Made by a program: the position numbers and the translations under genes
Shown here: positions 38,912 through 46,905 of the stretch, one piece after another
Layout: each line of letters starts with the position of its first letter
How positions within the stretch are numbered: the first letter of the stretch is position 1
Notes under the pieces: model-generated
What the model was told of the DNA's origin: nothing
Database searches by the model: none
What the model saw: only the letters and a program-made list of their open reading frames with translations
Virus record (IMG/VR): IMGVR_UViG_3300050821_002279
Coordinates: 1 to 64,000 of that record
DNA: 64,000 nt
Reading direction: 5' to 3' (one strand)
Source: a virus

Positions 38912-39320
38912 ATCTGACCACACCATGACTTTACTTACCAGAGATTAGCTCACCATAGCGCACTGCATCCTGCCAGTCCCGAACTTGCCAATCCTGATTG
39001 TTCCAAACCTTACCGGCTTTTCAGCCCGTGCCTTACCAAACCAAACCGGACCCGGCCTGAGAATGGAGAGCCACAACCCGCCAAGTCTCTCCATGCCATA
39101 TCATGCAACTCCACTACCTACCGCCCCACGCTCGACCTCTGCCAACCGGAACGCGCCTAAGCAGACCGGCCAAAAGGCCCGTACCAAACCTAACACTTCC
39201 GAACCACTCCGAAGCCAGCCTGACCGCACTCAACCATTCCAAACCATGCACGATCTCGCCGAAACCAGCCTTTGCTAACCGGACACGAGCCCACACTACC
39301 GCACCACTCCTGAGCGTGTC
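38910..39320 (-). ncRNA. downstream GGN-NN pentamer array (3 units: 29, 29 and 21 pentamers); putative guide RNAs
   Basis: Strict 5-nt register within each unit; 46 of 79 pentamers start with GG. Units are separated by GGCC-TTTT-GGCC and GGCT-GAAA-AGCC hairpins. Confidence 0.8.
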
Positions 39321-39322
39321 CG

Positions 39323-39955
39323 TCACAGATCGAGGATTTTGAAACCCACGATCTGAAATCTTCCGAAAGTTGGACGAAAATCCCCAACGCCGATTAACTT
39401 TCCGGCCTGCGTGATAACCTCGTTAAGCAAAGTTGGACTGACATACTCGGGAAGGTTGACCATTAATTGAATTTTGGCCGTCCACCCAGCTTTCATCGCC
39501 GGTCTCGTTCGAGTGATCGCATTTCGCTGGATCACAACCCGTCTTTTATCTTCGTAATCCCAATCCTTAACGCCAAGGCTTGCGAGGTTGGTAACGCTCA
39601 CAACCGCCGCCTTGAACAGATCCGCAGCAGACTTTCTCGGACTTCGCGGGTCTTGGCGAAACTTGGATGCGGCGATGATACTCATCCGTAGGTACTCACC
39701 GGGGATGGCAAGGTTGCCTTTCTCGTCACGATAAACATAACTTTCCAAGTTATCCGACTTCTTTGCAGCACTGCCCTTCTTGGCTTTGGCCTTTTCTTCA
39801 ACCGCTTCACAATTCCAACGGTGGAAAAGAAGATCCGCACTTCCCTGAATCTGAATTTCCGCAATGTACGGAATTTCCATTTCGATTGCATCTTTAGCAC
39901 CATTTGTGGGACAACGATCCCCGCCGAGTTCTGTGGTTTTTGTCGCTGATTTCAT
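39323..39955 (-). CDS. solitary Cas7/RAMP-like protein (210 aa)
   Basis: IQIQGSADLLFH first strand, NLAIPGEYLR (IPG motif), RRVVIQ..ITRTRP thumb, W.A...L strand, C-terminal G-rich loop AGKLIGVGDFRPTFGRF. Confidence 0.8.
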   Translation of the reverse strand: MKSATKTTELGGDRCPTNGAKDAIEMEIPYIAEIQIQGSADLLFHRWNCEAVEEKAKAKKGSAAKKSDNLESYVYRDEKGNLAIPGEYLRMSIIAASKFRQDPRSPRKSAADLFKAAVVSVTNLASLGVKDWDYEDKRRVVIQRNAITRTRPAMKAGWTAKIQLMVNLPEYVSPTLLNEVITQAGKLIGVGDFRPTFGRFQIVGFKILDL

Positions 39956-39958
39956 AAT

Positions 39959-40028
39959 TAACCATTCCACGCCGTAACACGCCGCGACTGGCCAAGGCAA
40001 TGACGGCACTGCCGCATCCAGCCCTGCC
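39959..40028 (-). ncRNA. upstream GGN-NN pentamer unit (14 pentamers)
   Basis: GGCAG GGCTG GATGC GGCAG TGCCG TCATT GCCTT GGCCA GTCGC GGCGT GTTAC GGCGT GGAAT GGTTA, ending 3 nt before the ATG. Confidence 0.7.
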
Positions 40029-40156
40029 GTGTTTCTGGCAACGCACCCGCCCGTCGATTGCTGTAACGCAGCAGTTGGGAACCGCTACCAAACGGCGAAC
40101 GAGTGCAAATTTGTTTTGGTTGTTTCATCCGGTTACAGTCGGACTTTACGCTTGCT

Positions 40157-40184
40157 ACTTTATCAAAAATGGCATTACTGTCAA
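40157..40184 (-). promoter_or_regulatory. sigma70 promoter of the Cas7-like unit
   Basis: TTGACA-N16-TAAAGT with extended -10 TG. Confidence 0.7.
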
Positions 40185-40534
40185 CTAGAATTTATGCCCG
40201 AAGGTTCCACCGATACCGACGATCAAGGTTTGCCAGAAGACGAGCCGGATGATTCTGATGAAGACGAGTGCGAAACTCCAGCCGATATTTTCCGCAGCCG
40301 CACCGAAGACTTAGGCGATAACCCGCAAACACGATAATGCCAGATAGAGAACAGGGTAAAATGCTTATGAGTGACTTCGGCTGGTGCCTGGAGTCGGATA
40401 AGCCTGAGCGCAAAGACCTTTTATGGGTGCCTACGGGGACGAAGGATATTTACGTTTGGCAAAGCGATGAAGACGGCTGGATAAAGATTCGACCGCCGCA
40501 GACGTTTCCGTGCAGAGAACTCAACCACGGTTAG

Positions 40535-41881
40535 ATGAGCGGCGACATTTCAGAAAAATCGTGTTGCGTCTTTGACCCGGGATACAACATCTCCCTCGCT
40601 CGCCGACTTGCCAGAGAGTTTGGGCGCGTAGATTTCTTCGCTGGTTGGAAAGACTCAGATCCCGAGACCCTAAAGCTCGCCATCGGAACAGGCTTTCCTG
40701 AAATAAACCGGGTGCGGCATTTCAGTGATGCGATAAGTCGCAACGACATTTTCATTTTCCCGAACATCTATCACGGCGATCTCCAGAGGGACTTGATCAA
40801 TCGCGGGAAGAGGGTTTGGGGAAGTCGCAAGGCGGAAAGGCTGGAGTACGATCGCCCGTTTTTCTATAAGACGCTTGAAAAGGTTGGGCTTCCAGTCCCC
40901 GAATACCACGTTTTACAAGGGCTTGATGAGCTTGAGGAATTCCTTCAGGAGAACGAAGGCTGGTGGGTGAAGCTGAATCTTCGCGGGGATGATGAAACGT
41001 GGAAGCATGAGACTTGGGAGTTAACCGAGCCAAAGTTTCGCTCGATGCGACAACGCTACGGCCCGGTCGGAAAGTTCATAACGTTCACACTCGTTAAGCA
41101 CATTGATTCGATTATTGAAGCTGCTTACGACGGTTTCATGGTGGCATCTCCTACCGGACTTCCGCAATTCCCGAAGATTGGATTTCTCGGGTACGAGGAC
41201 AAAGATCTCTCGCACATTGTTCACGCCATCCCGTACGACGATTTTGCCGATCCGGTTCGCGAAGTGAACGACCTGTTTGCTCCGGTCGCTGCAAGTTACT
41301 TCATGCGCAGTGGCTTCGGCACAGAGATAAAGATTGCGGAAGACGAGGAAACCAAGGAGCAGATCAATTACTTCTTGGACTTCACCGCGAGACAGCCAGA
41401 ACCGCCAGGGGCTATAATCATGGAGCAGGTAACAAATCTCGGAGCGTTCTTCTGGCATGGTTCGGAAGGCGAGCTTATCCCGCTCGAAATCGAAGAGGAA
41501 TTCGGCGTGCAAATCATCATGTACGCTGAGCCATCGCGCTCGAACGTTGTGCCGTTGCTTTACCCCAAAGAGCTAGATCAATGGGTGAAGCCGTCGCGTT
41601 GCTGCATGATCGATGGCACGGTGAACATCCTGCCAGATTTGCTCCTGCGACCGCGATCTGAGTCCACCGCGCCGATAGGCTCTGTAGTTGCTCTAGGCGA
41701 TTCAATCGAGGGCGCGATTGATAAAATCAAAGGGTATCTGGATGAGATTAAGTGCTCTGGCCTGGATGCTGAGGTTGAATCGCTGGCCGAAGTGCTGAAG
41801 AGAATCCAGAAAGGTGAAGAGGAAGAGATACCTTTTGCCGACGAAGTGCCAGCGCCAGAGGTTGTGACGAACGGAGAATGA
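40535..41881 (+). CDS. ATP-grasp ligase (PurD/GARS-like)
   Basis: VWGSRKAERLEYDR...LEKVGLPVP...WWVKLN...YFLDFTARQPEPP; C-terminal IGSVVALGDSIEGAI. Confidence 0.75.
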   Translation: MSGDISEKSCCVFDPGYNISLARRLAREFGRVDFFAGWKDSDPETLKLAIGTGFPEINRVRHFSDAISRNDIFIFPNIYHGDLQRDLINRGKRVWGSRKAERLEYDRPFFYKTLEKVGLPVPEYHVLQGLDELEEFLQENEGWWVKLNLRGDDETWKHETWELTEPKFRSMRQRYGPVGKFITFTLVKHIDSIIEAAYDGFMVASPTGLPQFPKIGFLGYEDKDLSHIVHAIPYDDFADPVREVNDLFAPVAASYFMRSGFGTEIKIAEDEETKEQINYFLDFTARQPEPPGAIIMEQVTNLGAFFWHGSEGELIPLEIEEEFGVQIIMYAEPSRSNVVPLLYPKELDQWVKPSRCCMIDGTVNILPDLLLRPRSESTAPIGSVVALGDSIEGAIDKIKGYLDEIKCSGLDAEVESLAEVLKRIQKGEEEEIPFADEVPAPEVVTNGE

Positions 41882-42187
41882 TTTATGGATGAATCAGCAT
41901 CGCCGGAAGGCCAGAGGATGCTCAACCAAGTAACGGAAGTGCTGGGGACTCCAATTCCGCCAAACGTCGAAGGCTGGCCGTTCCCAAGGAAGCCCGTTGG
42001 CCCCACCGCTCACCCGCAAAAGTTCAAATCCACATCCAGAGCGCCAAAAGGCCACTCTCGCCACAGCCGCTCACAGCGCGGTCACGTCAAAGGCAAAAAG
42101 AACATTTTTGCGGGCTGGGATTAGGCGCAGAAAATATTTCACTTTTCCGCTTGACCTTCTCAGCATAATCAATGAGTATGCTGAGCA

Positions 42188-42445
42188 TTGAACAGCGAAA
42201 TCCCAAAAGTTAAGTGCGAATCCTGCGACGGAACCGGGGAAGTAGAACTTGACCAAACGCTTCTCGAAACGCTGAAGATAGTTCGCAAGCTGGGCAGGGC
42301 AACCGCGTCAGAGGTTTATGCACACAAGGACTTCAAGGACAAGGTGGTTTTAACCGCCGTGAATAATCGCCTGGACGAACTTTTCAATCTTGGATTCTTG
42401 ACACGCAGCAAATGCTCTAGGCAGTGGATGTATTGCGAGAAATGA
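42188..42445 (+). CDS. zinc-knuckle plus winged-helix protein
   Basis: CESCDGTG, then TASEV...AVNNRLDELFNLGFLTR....WMY. Confidence 0.6.
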   Translation: MNSEIPKVKCESCDGTGEVELDQTLLETLKIVRKLGRATASEVYAHKDFKDKVVLTAVNNRLDELFNLGFLTRSKCSRQWMYCEK

Positions 42446-42825
42446 AAGACGAATCCGAAAAGCAAACACCCGACGTAATCGCGAGGCAGTGGTTGTATGC
42501 CTTCGAACGATGCGCCAGGGATCGAAATTACGATGAAGCCCTTTCTCTCCTGCACAAGAATTGCGTGTATTTCGGTCTTGCTGCGGATTCGCCCACGGCA
42601 GATTGGCTCGCGTGGTGGCCGCATCAGTTGAACTATACAGTGGACATGGCCGCAACGAAGTTCATCCCCGAGGGAAACTTGATCATGTTCTCTTGCGCTT
42701 GGCTCGCTAAGCCGGTTGTTATCGGCGCACCAGATAGAGTTGGCAATATGAGCGGGGCGCTCATGAGATTTGCGAACGAGAAGGTTTTGGCGGTAATGGT
42801 ACATATTTCTAGGAGGATGGAATAA
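42442..42825 (+). CDS. NTF2/SnoaL-like protein
   Basis: WLYAFERCARDRNYDEALSLLHKNCVYFG...MVHIS pattern. Confidence 0.5.
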   Translation: MKDESEKQTPDVIARQWLYAFERCARDRNYDEALSLLHKNCVYFGLAADSPTADWLAWWPHQLNYTVDMAATKFIPEGNLIMFSCAWLAKPVVIGAPDRVGNMSGALMRFANEKVLAVMVHISRRME

Positions 42826-42834
42826 ACACACAAC

Positions 42835-43746
42835 ATGAAAACCACAGTCATTCACCACAGCGCAGACTACGACGGCATTTTCTGCCGTGAAATTGCACGG
42901 AAGTTTTTGACTGAAGCTGAGTTGATCGGATGGGATTTTGCCGATCCGCCACTGCCGGTCCCTGAAGGAAACGTGCTTGTCATGGATCTGCCACTGGACG
43001 CAACGTTTGGTGGAAAGTCTGGACAGTTCAACATGGGAGTCGTAAACGCATGGGAGTCCAACCGCTTGATTTGGATTGATCATCATCAAAGCGCGATAAA
43101 AACGCACCCCCCTGAAGTTGGCGGCTATCAAATCGACGGCGTTGCAGCATGTCGGTTGGCGTGGCAATGGTTCACTCAGACCGGACCCGACAATCCCCCC
43201 AGCGATCCGGCGCTTGCTAAAAAGGAAGACTTCATAGAGCGCAGGGTTTCAGAGCCAATCGCTGTTCGCCTCGCCGGTGAATACGACATTTGGGACAAAC
43301 GCGATCCTAACGCTGAACTGTTTCAGCATGGATTGAGAAGCCAGGAGCTTTCGCGTAACGAATGGGAATGGTTGCTCAGCATGAATCCCGGGGCAGTTCA
43401 AGTAGTTGAAAAGCTACTCAATCAGGGCTCTGCGGTTCAATATGCTCAACGCAAGCAAGACGAGTTCATTGCCAAAAGCCGCTCATTCGACGTGGAATGG
43501 GAGGGCTTGAAGTTCATGGCGATTAACGCCGTGCGCTGCAACTCTCTGACGTTCGAGGCCGCAACCCGTGCAGACCACGACGCGCTTATGGGCTTCTACT
43601 GGAACGGCAAATTCTGGAACGTGAGCCTGTACCATGCGCCGCACCGGAAGGATTTGGACCTGTCGGCCATCGCAGTGAAGTACGGCGGCGGCGGTCACAG
43701 GGGAGCATGCGGTTTCAGGGCTGATAAACTTCCGTTTATTCCGTAG
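42835..43746 (+). CDS. DHH/DHHA1 phosphoesterase (NrnB-like)
   Basis: HHSADYDG, VMDL, WIDHH, YDIW, VSLY, GGGGHRGACGF. Confidence 0.9.
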   Translation: MKTTVIHHSADYDGIFCREIARKFLTEAELIGWDFADPPLPVPEGNVLVMDLPLDATFGGKSGQFNMGVVNAWESNRLIWIDHHQSAIKTHPPEVGGYQIDGVAACRLAWQWFTQTGPDNPPSDPALAKKEDFIERRVSEPIAVRLAGEYDIWDKRDPNAELFQHGLRSQELSRNEWEWLLSMNPGAVQVVEKLLNQGSAVQYAQRKQDEFIAKSRSFDVEWEGLKFMAINAVRCNSLTFEAATRADHDALMGFYWNGKFWNVSLYHAPHRKDLDLSAIAVKYGGGGHRGACGFRADKLPFIP

Positions 43747-43748
43747 TC

Positions 43749-45344
43749 GTGCTCCTCGCCCTCGCAACAAACCCGAAGGACGTTGATCGTGCCTCCGATC
43801 TAATCTCATGGATTGGCGAGCTTGGCTCTTACCCGAAACACTGGATGCTTCTCATCGGAGCATTTACGCTGGATGAAAGCATAATCTTTCAACTCGCGGC
43901 CCAGGCCAGAACGTGCGGTTTTAAGCAGGTTGTTTCGATTCGAGCGAAGACCGAGCCGGATAATCCTTGGCCGCAGGCTGCGAACCACATGTTCCATCTC
44001 GCGGCGGATTATGCGGCAAATCACGCCCGCGTCCCCTTTTTCTGGATAGAGCCGGATTGCGCACCCATGAGGGAAGGCTGGCTGGATGCTATCGAAGCTG
44101 AGTATCAAGCGATGCGCAAAGCCTTCATGGGCACAGTTTACGACCAGCCTTATCGCCACATGAACGGTGTAGGGTGCTATCCAGACAACATTCGCCGGTA
44201 TAACCCACTCATGTTTAATGCGGAGTTTGCCGGTCTGCCGTTCGATACCGTTCGCCCCGATCTGGTTCTCAACACGCGAAACGCCCACGTCACTCGCCTG
44301 ATTCACCGAAGCCTCGAAGATCCGGCGACGAACACGGCGCATCATTTCGCGACGATGGATGACCTTTCAATCATTCCGCGTGAATGCCTGCTTTTCCACG
44401 GATGCAAGGATGGCTCTCTCATCGCCCGTCTCCGCGAACAACGCAACGGATTATCCACCGTGATCAATCCGCCTCTTGAGACTGGACCGACTTTGAAAGA
44501 ACGATTCGTCCAAGGGATGAAGAAGCTGATTTCGTGGGATGGTGGGCCTTTCTATCATTCGGGGAACCTGGGCGATGTCGTTTACGGGTTGCCAGCGATC
44601 AAAGCTGTCGGCGGTGGGGATCTTATCATCGGCCCAGAGCAGCGAAAAACCGCTCTCTGCGCCGTCCCTATCGACAAGAAACAGTTCGAGATGTTCAAGC
44701 CCCTTCTGGATGCGCAATCGTATCTGAAGCACGTTGCTTACTCGGAGAAATATCCGCCGCAATGCAGGGATTTGAATCACTTCAGGACGATTTGGAACAC
44801 TCCCGCACTGCGAAAGAAGCACGATATTACCACCCTTTGCCAAGCTCATTTCCTTGAGCTTGGAGTGCTCGATAAATTCGACGCGCAAGAGCAGGCCGCG
44901 TGGCTCACATGCACAAAGCCGATGGAGACCGGGAAGCTCATCGTGCATCGTTCTCCCAGGTATAACGCGCCAGCGACCGGCAAAGATTCTTTTCCGTGGC
45001 AACGTGCCGTGGATAAATACCACGAGGATATGCTATTCGTTGGTCTGGAAAGCGAGCATGATGCCTTTTGTCGCAACTTCGGGAAGAAAGTCTCGTTTTG
45101 GAAGGTGAAAGACTTCATGGAAATGGCGAATATAATCGCTGGCGGCAAGGTTTGTCTCATGAACCAAAGCTTCCCGCTTTCTATCGCGATTGGGCTTGGT
45201 AAACGAGTGGTTTGTGAAGCCTTACCCCGAAGCCCGGATTGCAGGTTCTTCAGAAATTCATATACAGACCAGCTATTAGAGAAAGATCAAACATCCCTGT
45301 TGGATTTCATTGACAATCCGAAGCCGTTGGGTTTAATTGCATGA
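43749..45344 (+). CDS. two-domain glycosyltransferase (GT-A-like plus GT9-like)
   Basis: N-half FFWIEPDC...NG...Y...FD...LFHGCKDGS; C-half HSGNLGDVVYGLP...SPRY...FVG...EMANII.G....NQSFPLSIA.GLG. Confidence 0.7.
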   Translation: MLLALATNPKDVDRASDLISWIGELGSYPKHWMLLIGAFTLDESIIFQLAAQARTCGFKQVVSIRAKTEPDNPWPQAANHMFHLAADYAANHARVPFFWIEPDCAPMREGWLDAIEAEYQAMRKAFMGTVYDQPYRHMNGVGCYPDNIRRYNPLMFNAEFAGLPFDTVRPDLVLNTRNAHVTRLIHRSLEDPATNTAHHFATMDDLSIIPRECLLFHGCKDGSLIARLREQRNGLSTVINPPLETGPTLKERFVQGMKKLISWDGGPFYHSGNLGDVVYGLPAIKAVGGGDLIIGPEQRKTALCAVPIDKKQFEMFKPLLDAQSYLKHVAYSEKYPPQCRDLNHFRTIWNTPALRKKHDITTLCQAHFLELGVLDKFDAQEQAAWLTCTKPMETGKLIVHRSPRYNAPATGKDSFPWQRAVDKYHEDMLFVGLESEHDAFCRNFGKKVSFWKVKDFMEMANIIAGGKVCLMNQSFPLSIAIGLGKRVVCEALPRSPDCRFFRNSYTDQLLEKDQTSLLDFIDNPKPLGLIA

Positions 45345-45523
45345 ATGACTCAATCAGCAAGCTCGCAAGTCAATTTGGAAGGATGGGTGGATTATCTCGA
45401 TCTCCTGCCAAATCGCGTGCGGCAAAACGTAATGGAAGGCTTGGCGGGCGGCCAAAGCGTTGGAAGACCAGTTCGCCTGTTCAGCAGAGAGCATCTGCGC
45501 CAAAGGCTTCAAAAAAAGATTAA
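45341..45523 (+). CDS. small basic KGG/GGRP-motif protein overlapping the HNH ORF
   Basis: GRMGGLSRSPAKSRAAKRNGRLGGRPK; leaderless after TTGACA...TTTAAT. Confidence 0.5.
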   Translation: MNDSISKLASQFGRMGGLSRSPAKSRAAKRNGRLGGRPKRWKTSSPVQQRASAPKASKKD

Positions 45524-45956
45524 TGTTGACCTAGTATCAGGTTGCTGGAATTGGACTGGATACATAATGAAAAATGGATACGCAACAATAGGAGTCCATC
45601 ATGCTAAGATTTTGATTCATAGATTATCGTGGGTCTTATTTGTCGGCTCTATCCCGCTTGGACTATGCGTCCTTCATCACTGCGACAACCGCAAGTGTTG
45701 CAACTGGGAGCACCTTTTTACTGGAACTAATCAGGAAAACCAAGACGATTGCAGACAGAAAGGAAGACATCGCTGGCTGAGGGGTGAATTGCATCCAAAG
45801 CGTATCCTGACAGAGCTAGAAGTAATTGCAATAAAACAACGACACGCGAGCACTGGAGAATCTTTTACTAGCATCTCCCTAGATTACCCTTCTGTCCATA
45901 AAGATACAATTCGGGCGATTCTTAATAATAAATCTTGGGGTTGGCTGAATCCATGA
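45345..45956 (+). CDS. HNH homing endonuclease
   Basis: GCWNWTG...GY...HRLSW..F.G.IP.GL.VLHHCDNRKCCN..HLF.GTNQEN..D...KGR; C-terminal HTH. Confidence 0.85.
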   Translation: MTQSASSQVNLEGWVDYLDLLPNRVRQNVMEGLAGGQSVGRPVRLFSREHLRQRLQKKINVDLVSGCWNWTGYIMKNGYATIGVHHAKILIHRLSWVLFVGSIPLGLCVLHHCDNRKCCNWEHLFTGTNQENQDDCRQKGRHRWLRGELHPKRILTELEVIAIKQRHASTGESFTSISLDYPSVHKDTIRAILNNKSWGWLNP

Positions 45957-46768
45957 ACTACACCGAGCGCATCCCGTGTCCCGTCTGCAAATCCTCAGAG
46001 GCAAAAACCGCGAGGACTTCGCGGGACATTGTGCAATGCGACTCTTGCGGCATCGTTTACCTTCGCACGAGACCGCCCGTGAAGGAGTTGGAAGCGTGGT
46101 ACCAACGCTATGCGAGCAATCCAGGCTCACACATGAAGTGTCCCGAGACATTCGATCAAGTCCGAACAACGCCGCTTCGCCGCAACGATCTAATGTCGGA
46201 CTTGCTAGGCTTCGTCGGGCCAGAGCGGAGACAATTTATTGATTGCGGCTCAGGCTGGGGCGCTTTCCTTCATAATGCCCGTGAGCACGATTTCGCCGTG
46301 ACTGGGATCGAGATATGCAGGGAGATGGCCGACTTCGCAACGAGCATGCTTGGGATTTATACGCACCGTTGCCAGCTTGAGGAGACAGACCTTCTTTCTG
46401 ACGGCACGCAAGTCGTAAGCCTTTGCCACAGCTTAGAGCATCTTCCTGATACCGCTTCCGCTTTGGGCTACATTCATCGCATCCTTGAGCCAAACGGGAT
46501 TATTTGCGGCATCGTGCCTAACTTCGCCGGATGGGGCTCGATTACCATGCGCGAGAAATGGCCCTGGATCGACGCAGATTATCATTATACCCACTATTCA
46601 CCAGAGACGCTCAAGACAACGCTTTGGCGGTTTGGTTTCAATACCTTGAAGATGTACACAACTACCGGCGACTTTGACCGCAAACTTCTTCCAACCGGCG
46701 CATCCTTGGCAAGGCTTGAGGCGGATGGAAAGGGTGAGGAAATACATTGGATAGCGCAGAAGCTATGA
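45953..46768 (+). CDS. class I SAM-dependent methyltransferase with N-terminal zinc ribbon
   Basis: CPVC..CDSCG, IDCGSGWG, GIEI, HSLEHLPD, IVPN. Confidence 0.85.
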   Translation: MNYTERIPCPVCKSSEAKTARTSRDIVQCDSCGIVYLRTRPPVKELEAWYQRYASNPGSHMKCPETFDQVRTTPLRRNDLMSDLLGFVGPERRQFIDCGSGWGAFLHNAREHDFAVTGIEICREMADFATSMLGIYTHRCQLEETDLLSDGTQVVSLCHSLEHLPDTASALGYIHRILEPNGIICGIVPNFAGWGSITMREKWPWIDADYHYTHYSPETLKTTLWRFGFNTLKMYTTTGDFDRKLLPTGASLARLEADGKGEEIHWIAQKL

Positions 46769-46905
46769 AATCCGACATGACTGATTTTTGGAGTGGTTTA
46801 GGACTGGCCCTGATAATCCTAGCGTGCTTTCTTGGACTTGGCGGGTGCATTTATTTGGCCGAAAAAGGCGATCAAAGGCCCACACCAGCAGAATCGTCGA
46901 AATGA
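46765..46905 (+). CDS. small membrane protein (not in ORF track)
   Basis: MKSDMTDFWSGLGLALIILACFLGLGGCIYL...; overlaps both neighbours by ATGA. Confidence 0.55.
   Translation: MKSDMTDFWSGLGLALIILACFLGLGGCIYLAEKGDQRPTPAESSK

Noticed and set aside
38910-39320. Canonical CRISPR array next to the Cas7-like gene
   Set aside because: No 23-47 bp direct repeats with spacers, and no cas1/2/3/5/6 recognised in the window.
38985-39342. ORFs 38985-39278, 39103-39342 and 39114-39326 over the pentamer array
   Set aside because: 5-nt rather than 3-nt periodicity and low-complexity translations indicate by-products of the non-coding array.
40535-41881. Calling the ATP-grasp gene purD (auxiliary purine synthesis)
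   Set aside because: Lacks the PurD N-terminal GxGGREH motif; only the fold-level call is supported.
42316-43167. 283-aa minus-strand ORF
   Set aside because: Antisense to three well-supported plus-strand genes including the DHH protein.
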